A stretch of DNA of 64,000 bases from positions 1-64,000 of the forward strand of contig OZ244653.1 in the NCBI GenBank assembly GCA_965218795.1, read 5' to 3'. The number at the start of each line of letters is the position of its first letter. Position 1 is the first letter of the stretch. The translations under genes and the position numbers were made by a program. Below are positions 1 through 11,100 of the stretch, one piece after another. The notes beneath the pieces are model-generated. The model saw only the letters and a program-made list of their open reading frames with translations. It was not told where the DNA came from and searched no databases. Origin of the DNA: a bacterium. GTDB taxonomy: Bacteria; UBA8248; JACPRG01; G963555815.

Positions 1-306
1 GTTCTCCAGGACGCTCAGGCCGGTGTAGAGCTGGGGGATCTGAAAGGAGCGGGCCACGCCCAGTTTGGTGATCTTCCGGGGAGGGAGGCCGGTCGTGTCC
101 CGCCCCATGAACAGGATACGGCCGCGCTCGGGTTTGAGATAGCCGGTGACCAGGTTCAGGAAAGTCGTCTTGCCGGACCCGTTCGCCCCGACGATGCCGA
201 CCAGGTCGCCCTGGTTCACTCGGACGTCGAGGCCGTCCGCGGCTGCAACCATCCCGAAGAATCGGGTGACGTCCTCGGTTTGAAGGATCGGGGCGTCGTC
301 AGGCAT
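1..306 (-). CDS. Liv-type ABC transporter ATP-binding subunit (LivG-like), 3' end runs off the window
   Basis: Manual translation from ATG at 306: MPDDAPILQTEDVTRFFG...GIVGANGSGKTT (Walker A)...ARSFQIPQLY; overlaps the stop of the upstream permease. Confidence 0.85.
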   Translation of the reverse strand, partial: MPDDAPILQTEDVTRFFGMVAAADGLDVRVNQGDLVGIVGANGSGKTTFLNLVTGYLKPERGRILFMGRDTTGLPPRKITKLGVARSFQIPQLYTGLSVLEN

Positions 307-1264
307 GTGTCGTCCCATCCAGCTTCCCGCCAAACCGGCCGGCCACCCACTCGTAAATCGCCCAAAGCCCGCCCGGACGGAACAGGATGATGAGCAGCAT
401 GATGCCGCCCAGCGTCATTTGCCAGGCCAACGGGAACCACTTTGAGGCGTAGTTCTGGATGAACTCAAAGGCGAGTGCGCCCAGCAGCGGACCGAGGACG
501 CTCTCGAAGCCTCCGAGAATCGCCACGAAGACGAACTCTCCGGATTGGACCCAGAAGGCGTCCTCTGGCACGATGTGGCCAATTGTGAACGCCGCCAGGA
601 CCCCGGACACTGCGCCGAGGCCGCCGGTCAGGATATAGGTCAGGTAAATCACCCGGCGAACCGATTCGCCCGAATACTCGATGCGAATTTCGTTGTCTCC
701 GAGGGCTCTGAGGAAGTAGCCGAGGGGAGACGCCAGGAAACGGTGGACCACATAAGTCACCACCGCCGCGATCACCAGCGTGAAGTAGTAGAACTTGAAG
801 CTGCTCCCCGGCAGCGGGATTCCGAGGAAGGTGGCCGTTCCCGCTGCGAGCCCGTCGGTTCCCCCCGTTACCCGGTAAAACTTGAGCAGGGCGGCGAAGA
901 GGATCATCGAGAACGCCAGGTTCAGCATGGCGAAAAAGACGCCCCGGTATCTCGCCATGATCAGACCGACGAGGGCGGCCATGATCAGGCCCATCAGCGC
1001 CCCCAGGGGCACCAGCAGCAGGACATCTCGAAAGCCGAACCATTTGACGCTGAATCCGACGGTATAGGCGCCGGTGGCGTAGAAGAGCGCGTGGCCGAAG
1101 GTGACCATCCCCGCCCGCAGGAAAAGGGCCACCCCCTGCACCGCAATGTATATGAACAGCGCCTTCGTCAGGATGAAGGTGACCCAGGCCGGCAAAGACC
1201 ACGGGGCCGCGACCAGCAGCGCTGTACAGACCAGGGCCACGTAGAGAGTATGCTTGCGCTCCAA
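299..1264 (-). CDS. Branched-chain amino acid-type ABC permease (LivM-like)
   Basis: Polytopic; TFGHALFYATGAY, TGGTDG and ILGG..S..GP.LGA motifs. Confidence 0.9.
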   Translation of the reverse strand: MERKHTLYVALVCTALLVAAPWSLPAWVTFILTKALFIYIAVQGVALFLRAGMVTFGHALFYATGAYTVGFSVKWFGFRDVLLLVPLGALMGLIMAALVGLIMARYRGVFFAMLNLAFSMILFAALLKFYRVTGGTDGLAAGTATFLGIPLPGSSFKFYYFTLVIAAVVTYVVHRFLASPLGYFLRALGDNEIRIEYSGESVRRVIYLTYILTGGLGAVSGVLAAFTIGHIVPEDAFWVQSGEFVFVAILGGFESVLGPLLGALAFEFIQNYASKWFPLAWQMTLGGIMLLIILFRPGGLWAIYEWVAGRFGGKLDGTTHA

Positions 1265-1265
1265 C

Positions 1266-2162
1266 TCAGATCCTCCTCAACTCCACCTCGCCGAAGAGCC
1301 CCTGGGGCCGGATCGCCAGGACGATAATCATGATCAGGTAGATGACGACAAGCTCCAGCTCCGCAAACAGGTGAATGGCCGCGGCCCGGGCAAGGGCCAC
1401 AATGAGGGATCCCAGGGCGGCGCCTTCGAGGCTTCCCATCCCCCCGATGGCGATGACCGCAAACGCAAACACGATCACCTCGAGGGCGAAGCCGGGGGCC
1501 ACCGCGATGGTGGGCGCGATGGCCGCCCCGCCGAGGGCCGCAGCGAAGGCGCCCAGCGTGAACGCCGCGGTATAAATCAGATTCACATTGATGCCGATGG
1601 CGAGGCTGACCTCCCGGTCGTTGATCACCGAGACCACGAGCTTGCCGAAGCGGGTGCCGCGGACCAGCCACACCAGGGCGCTGCCGAACACCACCGCAAC
1701 GCCGATGAGGAGTAGTTGATACCGGGGGTAGAGGATACCCCCCACCTCGAACTCCCCGAGGATGGTGTAGGGCTCATTCACGAACATCGGCTCCATCCCC
1801 CAGATCAGCTTGATCGTGTCGTCCAGGATCAGAAGGATGGAGAAAGTCAACAGCAGCATGATGTGCATGTCGCTGCCGTAGATGCGCCGAAGGAACAGCC
1901 GCTCAAGAATGGGTCCGACGACGAGCCCGGTAATAATGGCCCCGGCCAGGAGGATGAAGTAGCTCAGGAAGGGGGGCAGCCCTGCGCCCAGAAGCTTGAT
2001 CGCAAGCCAAGTGGCCATGTATGCCCCGAGCGCGTAGATGCTGCCGTGGGATACGTTCAGGATCTGCAGCACCCCATAGACAAGCGTCAGGCCGACCGAG
2101 ATCAGAAACAGCGTGGCGGCGTAGTTCAACCCGTCGAAGACGATGATGGTCAGCAAATCCAT
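1266..2162 (-). CDS. Branched-chain amino acid-type ABC permease (LivH-like)
   Basis: GLTLVYGVLQILNVSHG, TRFG and IGGMGSLEGA motifs. Confidence 0.9.
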   Translation of the reverse strand: MDLLTIIVFDGLNYAATLFLISVGLTLVYGVLQILNVSHGSIYALGAYMATWLAIKLLGAGLPPFLSYFILLAGAIITGLVVGPILERLFLRRIYGSDMHIMLLLTFSILLILDDTIKLIWGMEPMFVNEPYTILGEFEVGGILYPRYQLLLIGVAVVFGSALVWLVRGTRFGKLVVSVINDREVSLAIGINVNLIYTAAFTLGAFAAALGGAAIAPTIAVAPGFALEVIVFAFAVIAIGGMGSLEGAALGSLIVALARAAAIHLFAELELVVIYLIMIIVLAIRPQGLFGEVELRRI

Positions 2163-2218
2163 ATCGATAGGCTCTCGTATGCTCTCTGAATCGCCTCCGG
2201 GGAAGCGGGCCGGGAGAT

Positions 2219-2257
2219 AAAGGCGCGGGCGGAGGATTCCCCCCCGCCCGCGCCTTT
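2219..2257 (-). terminator. GC-rich hairpin between substrate-binding gene and permease (terminator or mRNA-stabilising stem)
   Basis: 14-bp inverted repeat aaaggcgcgggcgg / ccgcccgcgccttt. Confidence 0.6.
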
Positions 2258-2277
2258 CCCGATCGCCAGGGCGTGCG

Positions 2278-3576
2278 TTATTTCTTTATGTTGCGCACCC
2301 AGTCGAGCGTCTTCACGCCGAGCGGCGGCGTGATGTCCTCGGCCCGGTGGCGGACGCGTCGCGTCAGGACGGCAAAGCCGTACTTTTTGGACATCTTCGT
2401 CAGCCCCACCATCCCGCCGTGGACCGCTTGGTGGTCCGCCCGCATGGTGATGGACCCGCCGGGCGCCTTCCAGGTCAACCCTTCAAAGGCCTTGACGACC
2501 TCTTCGGTCGTCGGCCACCGGCCGAGTTGGTCGATGGCCTTCTCGTAGGCCGCCTTCATGCCTCCCAGCGCTTGGTAGGTGCGGTATGCGGGGTAATCGG
2601 GGTAGCGTTTGTTGGCCTTGTAGAGTCCCTCCACGAACTCCTTCTGCAAGGCGTCGGTGGCCGGGTCGGGATCCAGAAAATACCCTGCCGTCGCCCGGGG
2701 CGCTGCGATCACGCCTTCGGGCATGGTCTTTCCGACGTTCTGGAGCACCTGCTCGCCTGTGCTCAACGCCACCAGGCTGCGCCTGAAGAGGCCCCGCGGC
2801 GTCGCCTGCTTGACGAATGTGATCAGGCCCCCTCCCCAGAAGCTGCTGTGAATGACATCGGGTTTGGCCGCCAGGAGCTTTGAAATCTCCGCCGAGTATT
2901 CGCCCGCCTGGAACCTGGTCCAAAGCTCTGCCACGACCTTGACGTCCGGCTTGAGCTTCTGCATGGCGATCTTGAAGGCCTCCCAGGAGTCCCGACCCCA
3001 GGCATAGTCCTCATTGGCCCCGGCGATGGTCTTTATGTCCGGCTTGACGGCCAAGACATACCGCGCCAGCGTCACGCTGTCCGCCGCCTGGTTGTTCGAG
3101 GTCCGGAAGACGTACTTCAGCTTGCGGTCTTCGGTCAGCCGGTGGGTCCCGCAGATGTGAACGATGGTAAGGACTTTGAGCTCCTCTGCGACGGGCGCGA
3201 TGGCCAGGCAGTTGCCGCTGGAGGTGTAGCCCACCACGGCGTCCACTTTCTCATCCAGCGCCAAGCGCCGGAACTCTGTAACCTGCTTTTTGGGGCCTCC
3301 CCCCTCGTCCACGATGGTGATCTTGATGGGGACGCCCCGAATGCCTCCCTGCTTGTTCCACTTCTTCACCAGCCATTCCGTGGCGGCCTTTCCAGGTCCT
3401 CCGAAGGTGGCCGCCGCGCCCGAGAAGAAGTCCACGAAGCCCACTTTCAATGCGGCCGGCGCTCCCTTGGGTTTGGCGGCATCGACGGCAGTCGGCCCAA
3501 ATGCTCCCACCACCATCAGCCCGATGACGATCAAGCTGAAAAAAAGGCGAGCCGTTCGTTTGGAAACCCGATACAT
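2278..3576 (-). CDS. Liv-type ABC substrate-binding protein
   Basis: Signal peptide; NKQGGIRG, GYTSSGNCLAIAP, YVFRT, DYAWG and MRADHQA motifs; RBS aggagg. Confidence 0.9.
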   Translation of the reverse strand: MYRVSKRTARLFFSLIVIGLMVVGAFGPTAVDAAKPKGAPAALKVGFVDFFSGAAATFGGPGKAATEWLVKKWNKQGGIRGVPIKITIVDEGGGPKKQVTEFRRLALDEKVDAVVGYTSSGNCLAIAPVAEELKVLTIVHICGTHRLTEDRKLKYVFRTSNNQAADSVTLARYVLAVKPDIKTIAGANEDYAWGRDSWEAFKIAMQKLKPDVKVVAELWTRFQAGEYSAEISKLLAAKPDVIHSSFWGGGLITFVKQATPRGLFRRSLVALSTGEQVLQNVGKTMPEGVIAAPRATAGYFLDPDPATDALQKEFVEGLYKANKRYPDYPAYRTYQALGGMKAAYEKAIDQLGRWPTTEEVVKAFEGLTWKAPGGSITMRADHQAVHGGMVGLTKMSKKYGFAVLTRRVRHRAEDITPPLGVKTLDWVRNIKK

Positions 3577-3739
3577 CTTCGGCCTCCTTTCTGGGGGGGA
3601 TTGCGCCGGGTCCTCCCTTGACCGTACCCAGAGGGATCCCCGCCCGGGAATTCGGGCAGCGTAGCCGAGAGCACTGGTTGACCGTCTTGTCGTTCAGATC
3701 TGCCCGACTTCAATCTGAGAATGTGGAACCTTGATTGAG

Positions 3740-3769
3740 AAACTAGCAAGCGGGATCATCCCGTGTCAA
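3740..3769 (-). promoter_or_regulatory. Putative sigma70 promoter of the first Liv operon with a palindrome in the spacer
   Basis: Minus strand TTGACA-18 nt-TAGTTT; spacer contains cgggat-c-atcccg (3751-3763). Confidence 0.45.
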
Positions 3770-4084
3770 CCATTGAATCGAGAATTTCCCACACGATTTG
3801 GACGAACGGGGCAGGAGGGCGAATTCCCGCGGGGGAGAACGGGAGAAGTCTCCTCTGGTTCACCCCCGTCCGATACGCTGCAGTCTCAACCATGACGGAG
3901 GAAAAATCCGCGGCTGCGAAGGCGAAATGACGGAATCTTGATACCTGATTGACCCAGCGGGGTCTCCGGTCTTCCACAATCTTCGATTGCTGAGGAATGA
4001 GAGCAATGACCGAATCGATTTGCTCATCCTGCCATCGGCAATTTCAGGCTTCTTGAGGCATAGGTCGACCGGATTCAACCCGAA

Positions 4085-5449
4085 TCAGGGCCGGCCCCGG
4101 CGGGTCCACTTCCCGAGCGCAAGCGAACAGGCCGATGCCGCCGCCAGAAGGATCGCTCCAATCAGAAAAGCTTCGTCGTACCGTTCGAGCCGGTCATAGA
4201 CCATCCCCCCCGTGAGCGGACCGAAGAACGAGCCGACATAGTGTACGAAGATCAAATATCCGTACAGGGTTCCGAACGACTTCGGGCCGTAGAGTTCCCG
4301 GGTGGCCGCCGACGTGATGGGGTTGGAGGCGAACAGGACGAACCCATAGATCGCTATGAAGACAAAGAGGGGACCGGGACTCTTGCTGAACATCAGGATC
4401 AGAAACCCGGCGGCGCGAGCGGCATAGGAGAGAAAGAGGAGCATGGGGCGGCCCTTCCTGTCCGATATCCAGGCCATCGTGACGGTGCCGACAATCCCAA
4501 TCCCGCCGGCTGCCCCCAAAATGTTCGCCGCCGTCTGATCCGGCACACCCAATCCGATGGCGAATATGGGGAAGTGAAAAAACAGAAGGAAGTCCGTGAA
4601 ACCGCAGGCAAAATAAGTGCCGGACAACAGCCAAAAAGAGGGCATGCGGAGGGCATCGCGCGGCGGAACATGATGCGTACCGTCCCGGGATGAGAGATCG
4701 GCCATGGGCCGACTTGGTTCTTCCCTATCCGTATCGCGATTCCTTATCAAGAGTAGCAGGAGGGGAATGACCACTGCCAAAAACCCAGTGCCGATGATCC
4801 AGAAGGCCGCCCGCCAGGAGAAGCGCAGAATGAGGTACTGGGCGAAAGGGGTGAAGACCAGGGCCCCGGCGCTGAAGCCGGAGAAGGCGAGCCCCATGGC
4901 CATGCCGCGGCGACGGGAAAACCATTGCGCGATGACATTGCCCACGGCCACGAGTGAGGTCAGGCCGTAGCCCGCAGCCATGACGACGCTGAAGGTCAGG
5001 TACACGACGGCGAGTCTCGGGGCGAACCCGGTCAAGATCAGACCCGTCCCCATCAGACAGATTCCGAGCCATATGGTCCGGGCCGCGCCCGCGCGCTCGA
5101 TGATCCGCCCGATGACGAGCTGGCTGAGGGAGATGGTCACGATGGCTACGGAAGAGACCAGGGAGAGGGAAGTCCTGTCGCCCCCGAATTCCGCCAAAAG
5201 CGGCTTGAAGAACACGCCGAATCCGTGCCAGATCCCCGCCGCGCAGAACAGCGCCGTGAAGCCTCCGATGACGACCGCCCACGCCCGGGCGGGAGTCTCT
5301 GAGTTCAGGTTCGGGGTGTATGGTTCTGCCGACAAGGGAGGCTCCGGGCGGGTCGCTAACCGTCTTCCCTCTGGAGAGCGAGGAGGAATGGGTTCGACTG
5401 ACGCTCCTGCCGGATGGTGGTTGACGGTCCGTGGCCGGGATGAACCCAT
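4085..5449 (-). CDS. MFS transporter (oxalate/formate antiporter-like); true start may be downstream of 5449
   Basis: About 12 TM segments; GRIIERAG, QWFSRRRGMAMG and WISDRKGR motifs. Confidence 0.85.
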   Translation of the reverse strand: MGSSRPRTVNHHPAGASVEPIPPRSPEGRRLATRPEPPLSAEPYTPNLNSETPARAWAVVIGGFTALFCAAGIWHGFGVFFKPLLAEFGGDRTSLSLVSSVAIVTISLSQLVIGRIIERAGAARTIWLGICLMGTGLILTGFAPRLAVVYLTFSVVMAAGYGLTSLVAVGNVIAQWFSRRRGMAMGLAFSGFSAGALVFTPFAQYLILRFSWRAAFWIIGTGFLAVVIPLLLLLIRNRDTDREEPSRPMADLSSRDGTHHVPPRDALRMPSFWLLSGTYFACGFTDFLLFFHFPIFAIGLGVPDQTAANILGAAGGIGIVGTVTMAWISDRKGRPMLLFLSYAARAAGFLILMFSKSPGPLFVFIAIYGFVLFASNPITSAATRELYGPKSFGTLYGYLIFVHYVGSFFGPLTGGMVYDRLERYDEAFLIGAILLAAASACSLALGKWTRRGRP

Positions 5450-5997
5450 AAGGCATCGTCCAGGGGGATGATCCTGGTCTTGAGCGTCTCCATCAGGGTC
5501 TCGTGATCCGCTCCGGGAAGGTCTGTTCTGCCGATGGACCCGGCAAAAAGGACGTCTCCCCCGATCAGCATGTCCGGAAAGAGGTACCCCAGACTCCCCG
5601 GGCTGTGTCCGGGCATGTGAACGGCGGTGAAGGAGAGGGGTCCCAACTGAAACCGGTCCCCGGATTGGGGGTGATGGGTCACCCGGGGCGGTTCGATCGG
5701 CCCGAATCCGAAGTCGGATGCGGTTTGTTCAAGCCTATCCAAAAGGACCATCTCATCGGCGTGCAGGTAGAAATCCACCCCGGTTTCCCGCTGGATTCGC
5801 CCCACCGCCATCACATGATCGACGTGGGCGTGGGTATTGATGATTCGGGTCAGGGAGAGATTGCGCCCGGTCACGGTTTCCATGATTCGTTCGGCTTCAT
5901 CGCCGGGATCGAACAGGATGGCCTCGCCCGTCTTCTCGTCGCCCAGGAGGTAGCAGTTTTCCTCGAACAAGCCGACGGTCAAACATTCAAAAATCAC
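5356..5997 (-). CDS. MBL-fold metallo-hydrolase (glyoxalase II/YcbL-like)
   Basis: THAHVDH, PGHSPG, GDVLFAGSIGRTD, PGHG; GTG start at 5997 after ggagg. Confidence 0.9.
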   Translation of the reverse strand: MIFECLTVGLFEENCYLLGDEKTGEAILFDPGDEAERIMETVTGRNLSLTRIINTHAHVDHVMAVGRIQRETGVDFYLHADEMVLLDRLEQTASDFGFGPIEPPRVTHHPQSGDRFQLGPLSFTAVHMPGHSPGSLGYLFPDMLIGGDVLFAGSIGRTDLPGADHETLMETLKTRIIPLDDALWVHPGHGPSTTIRQERQSNPFLLALQREDG

Positions 5998-6607
5998 GAA
6001 TCGGCCTCCATATGCACGGTGCATTGCAAGACCTGTCAGCCATTGAATCGATAAGGCTCGCCCGGAGATGGGCACGCGGTGTGCCGGCCGTGTCCGAAAC
6101 GATGGAAGACCGGCGGCGCGGAGCCTCGGAAAGGTGAGATTCTACCAGAGATGACCGACCCGTCGTACGCAAAGAGGAAGGACTTCACTGAACGCGTGAT
6201 TTTCAAGAGAACAAAACGGCCCAAAGCCCGGCATGAGAATGGCGGTTCAGTGAGTTCTCAACGCGGAGAGGATCTTGGAAACACGGAGCCAGTCCATCGG
6301 TCCTCGACCGGGTTGCTGAATACTTTCTGAATGGAACCTCCCCAGTATGAAATATGGGGATTCTTTCGGCGTTTCAATTCAGGCGATTTCCTTGGCGCGG
6401 GTTTTGAAAATCCTGTTCGAATCGGGATACGGCTTTGGTGGAGTCGCGTCTGGTGGATCTTTATCCCAGACCGACCGCATAGAATCGGTGAATTCGTTTG
6501 CCCGTTCCAATCAATCTGGAGCCCCGGACCCGATCGGCTACAATGGAGACCGACCCGGACGGCGCTCGCCGTGATTCGGAGACCGCTTCACAGGGAAGGA
6601 GTCATCC

Positions 6608-7849
6608 ATGGTCCACCATCCCCGCCTCAGGCACGTTGAGGCTTTTCCCGTCGAGCAAAACGGGACCCGGGGAATCTGCCTTCGGGATCCCTTCCGGTAC
6701 ACGGACGCGATACTTTTCGTTCCGGCGGGACTGGTGCCGTTGCTCCAATTGATGGATGGCTCCCGCTCGCTTGAAGGCATTCAGGGGGAAGCTCTCCGGC
6801 TGTTCGGCGAGGAAATCGCCCTGGAGGACCTCGGAAAGTTGATGGAGGCGCTGGACCGGAATTATTTCCTTGCCTCGGACACTTTTTCAGCGTACCGAAA
6901 GAAGGTTGAGGATGATTTTCTCAATGCCCCCGTTCGTACGCCCTATCTGGCGGACCGGGCATACCCCGCTTCGGCGGACGAGTTGGGGAAACTCATCGAT
7001 GGATTTTTCATCCACCCCGAGGGCCCGGGTCCGCCCGAATCGGGCAGGGGGAAAGATCCCGCCGCGGGAGCCATCATCCCCCACATCGATTTCAACCGCG
7101 GCGGGCCGGTATATGCCCATGCGTACAAGTACCTCCTCGAAGCCGAGCCGGCCGATACCTACGTGGTCCTGGGGACATCGCACATGGGTACGGAAAAGCC
7201 TTTTGCCCTGACCCGGAAGGATTTCGATACGCCCTTGGGGCCGATACCGACCGATCAGGAATTTGTGAATGACCTGGCCGAAGAAGCAGCGGATGATTTT
7301 TTCCGGGACGAACTGAGCCACCGGGCGGAGCATTCCATCGAATTCCAGGCGGTTCTTCTTCGGTACCTCTTTGGTCGAGATCGGAATATTTCCATGGTCC
7401 CAATTCTTTGCGGGTCGCTGCGAAAGTTCGTCATGGAGGGGGGATCGCCGAAGGATGACGGCGAGGTGAACGGATTCCTGCGGGGGCTCGGCCATACCCT
7501 CTCCAGCCGGAAAAAGAAAGTCTGCGTGCTCGCAAGCGTGGACCTGGCCCACGTGGGCCCGCAGTTCGGCGCGCCCGATCCGGTCGACGACGCGGTGCTG
7601 GAAGATACGAAGAGAAAAGATCAGGATATGCTGGCCCAGGTTCAAAAATATGATCCCGAAGGCTTTTTCCGGTTCGTCCAAAACGAGCAGGACCAGCGCA
7701 ACGTCTGCGGGCTGACGCCCATCTACACCATGCTTCATGCTCTGGATCAATCCAATGGCGACGGTGCCCGCTCAGCCCGGTTGCTCAAGTACGGTGTCAC
7801 GCCGGATCCGCAAGGGACCGTGACTTTCGCCAGTCTGGTATTTCACTGA
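6608..7849 (+). CDS. amrB: MEMO1-family / AmmeMemoRadiSam protein B, long form with N-terminal PqqD/RRE-like domain
   Basis: IIPHID, GTSH, EHSIEFQ, SVDLAHVG and NVCG motifs; RBS aaggag. Confidence 0.8.
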   Translation: MVHHPRLRHVEAFPVEQNGTRGICLRDPFRYTDAILFVPAGLVPLLQLMDGSRSLEGIQGEALRLFGEEIALEDLGKLMEALDRNYFLASDTFSAYRKKVEDDFLNAPVRTPYLADRAYPASADELGKLIDGFFIHPEGPGPPESGRGKDPAAGAIIPHIDFNRGGPVYAHAYKYLLEAEPADTYVVLGTSHMGTEKPFALTRKDFDTPLGPIPTDQEFVNDLAEEAADDFFRDELSHRAEHSIEFQAVLLRYLFGRDRNISMVPILCGSLRKFVMEGGSPKDDGEVNGFLRGLGHTLSSRKKKVCVLASVDLAHVGPQFGAPDPVDDAVLEDTKRKDQDMLAQVQKYDPEGFFRFVQNEQDQRNVCGLTPIYTMLHALDQSNGDGARSARLLKYGVTPDPQGTVTFASLVFH

Positions 7850-8102
7850 ATCGAAGGGGCCGCGAAAATCTCTATCTATCGATGGGTGGAGTCGAGGCGG
7901 GTTTCTGGAAAGGCGGTCCCGGTCTCCGGACGTTTTCAACATGGCCAGGATGATTTTCGTCTGCCGGACGGTTAAGATAAAATAGGAAGGGTGATTGTCG
8001 GGTCGGAGGGCGAAGTTGCGGCCGTTTTCCTTCATCCAGCCGCGATCGCCGTCGATGCCGCCTGCGAAAGAATCCAGCCTCAGGCGTCTGAGAGGACAAT
8101 GA

Positions 8103-11100
8103 ATGACGAATAGCGAGCCGTCTTCCGGATCGCCATCCCTGGATTTCCTCCGGCAGTTTCTCCGGTCCGCTGAAATCCATTTGCGGCTTTGGAATCTTTT
8201 GCAGACCGGCCTCTGGGCGGTCGGATTGGGCTGCGTCGTTATCCTCCTGGGGATCGGAGCCAATACGCTACGGGATGTATGGGCATTCACCCCGCCCGTG
8301 TTCGCAGGCTTGGCCGTCTGTCTCGCAGTTTGGGCTTTTGGGGTCCTATTGTGGAAGGGATTCCGGAGAATTCCTTCCGACCAGGTCGCCTTTCTCATCG
8401 AACAGCGCCGTCCCGATCTCAATAATTCTTTGATCAGTTCGGTACAGCTCACCCGGCAAGGTCTGCCCGGAGAGGGAGAGCGTGCATCGGGGAGACATTC
8501 TTCTCTGGTCGACGCGCTCCTCCGGCGGACGGCCGAGGCGGTCCGGTCTATTCCGGCGGGTGAAGCGGTTGAGCGCTCTCAGATTCGCCGGCCGGGCCAG
8601 TTCGCCGCGACACTGGCCGCCCTTATACTGATGGTTGCTTTTTTCAGGCCCGGTTTGCTGTCGGAATCCTGGAAGCTTCTGATTCACCCGATTGACAGCA
8701 TGCCCCTGCGGGCGATTTCCATTCAGACTCAACCGGCTTCGGGCAAAATTCTGCTGGGTCGCCCGATCACCCTGACCGCAACGACAAGCGGCAGACGGAC
8801 GAAGACGCTGCAGGTCGAAATCCGGCCGGAACAGGGAAAACCACAGACCCTGGAAATGACCCCGGTCGTTCCAGCCGATGGGGAGAAGAGGGAATTCACC
8901 TACCGGACGCCCCCGGTGAGAGGTTCTTTTTCTTACCGTGCCTTTGTCGGAGGCGAAACATCCGAGCCCCAGCGTTTGGAGGCGGTTCCGCCGCCGGCCG
9001 TCGGCGAGATGCAAGCTGTTTACACCTACCCCCGGTACACCGGGCTGAAGCGTGAGGTGCGCAAGGGCAGCGGATACGTCCGAGCATTGATGGGAACGGA
9101 GGTCACGCTCTCGCTGAAGACGAATAAACCCGTCGAGTCGGGCCGGTTGGTGTTCCAGTCCGGAGCGGAAGTGCCGCTGGATGTGGCCGACCCCCAAAAT
9201 CCGCGAGGCCGTTTCATCGTCCTCTCCAAAGACAGCTACCGGATCATCCTGCGTGACCGCTGGGGTTTTGAGAATCCGGACCCTGTCCGCTACGCCATCG
9301 ACGTCGCCCCGGACCGTATCCCCGCCATTGAAATGTTGACACCGAAAGGGGAACTGACGGTCAACGGGGGAGAAACCATCGGGATTCAGTACTTGGCCCG
9401 GGACGATTTCGGCATCGAAGACATCCGTCTCGTCCTCCACTCCACCGTTGGCGCCAGCGCCCGCAAGGCGGGTGCGGAAGGGAAGGGGGGCCGCCGGGAG
9501 GTTCTCATCTCCAAGATCAACGGGACGAAGCGGTGGGAATCGGGCCGTTACGAGTGGGATCTGAGGGACCTCGGTCTCGGGCCCGGCTCGATTGTGACGA
9601 CCCGTCTCGCGGTCCGGGACAACGACGCCATCTCCGGGCCCAAGGAAGGGTTCTCCAAACCCGTGCGCATTCGTGTCCGCAGCCCGGAGGAAGAGCATAA
9701 GCGCGTCAAGGACCTTCAAAAGAATTTGACCGACCGAATCCTCGGCCTTCTGGGGGATCAACTGGAGCTGGAAGCCGACGCGTCGGAAAAACTCGGGGAG
9801 TCCCCCGATGGTCTGGACCGGCGGGAGGATTCCGCGAAAACGCGTCCCCCGACCTCGATGGAAGACAGGCACGCACTGCGCCAGACATCCGAGCGCATCG
9901 AGGAAGACGTTCGAAGCCTGATTTCTGAAATTGACCGGGTCATGAGCCGGACGGCGCGCGACCGGCAGAGCGGGTACGATTCTTTCGCCGATCTGAACGC
10001 CCTGCGGAGCAATCTGTTTTATCTTCAGCGCGAGATGATGCCCCAGGCCAGGAAGCCTATCGAGGGCGGCAACGGCCCGTCGACACAGCCCGGGACGGAA
10101 CCTTCACCACCGGCACGGGGTTCCTCGCCCCCAGCGGAGAAAAACCGGCGGGCGGAATCTCTCGAGCGTTTCCGTGACGCCCAAAGGAACGTCACGCGTG
10201 AGATCGAACGCATGGCCGTCTTTGCCGACGACATCGGGAAGCGAAGCCAAATACGTGATCTGGCCCGGCTGGGCCGCCAGCTCGCGAGCGCCCAGAACCG
10301 GATGCTGGATGCCTTTGACCGGGCCAAGGATGGTGACCCCGCCGCCCGAAAGGCCCTCGAGGAAACCTTGGCCAAACTCCGGGATCTCTTGAACAAGCTC
10401 TCCCAGAGGCTCAGAAATCTTCCCGTCCAGCTCCCTGAGGAATTCATGAATATGCCGACGAATCAGTCCCTGAACATGAGCGATATCTCCAGGCGGCTTC
10501 AGGAGATCCAGCGAAAGATGCGGCAGGGAGACATGGAAGGGGCGAGAAGGCTGGCCGAACAGATGGTCAAGTCCCTGTCCCAGATGATCGCAGCGCTTCA
10601 GGGCGCCATGCAGCAGGCGATGAACCAGGCCTCCAACCGGTTCGGCCGATCGGCTCAGCGGCAGCAGAACATCCTCCAGGAACTGCTGGCCCGCCAGCGG
10701 GCCCTGTTGGACAAGACACGCAAGATTGAAAGTCCGATGATGGAGAAGTACAGGGACCTCCAGCGGCAGGCATTCGAGCGGGTGGAAGGCGAGGCCGGTC
10801 GGGCGCTCCAGGAGCTTCGCAGGCTGGGGAAAGAGATCGAGGACCTTCCCCTGCCCCTGGCCGATCAGTTCCCCGGTGAGAAGGAAGGGGAGGCTCTTGA
10901 GCGCTCGCTGAATCGCCGGGAACTCAAGGATGCGGGCAAGACGGCCGACGCGCTGGGCGGTCTTTCACGAAAAGTGGCTGAAGCCGTTCGTCATCTCAAG
11001 CAGGAGGAAGCGCCCCCCGACGAGTCCCCCGTCGTCACGGGTTACCGAAAGCTGGGAGACGATTTCGACAAGCTGAGAGAGGGTCTCAATCAGCTTCCGA

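Noticed and set aside
6185-6253. 9-bp inverted repeat tcactgaac/gttcagtga (MITE-like)
   Set aside because: Short, single copy in the window, no target-site duplication evident
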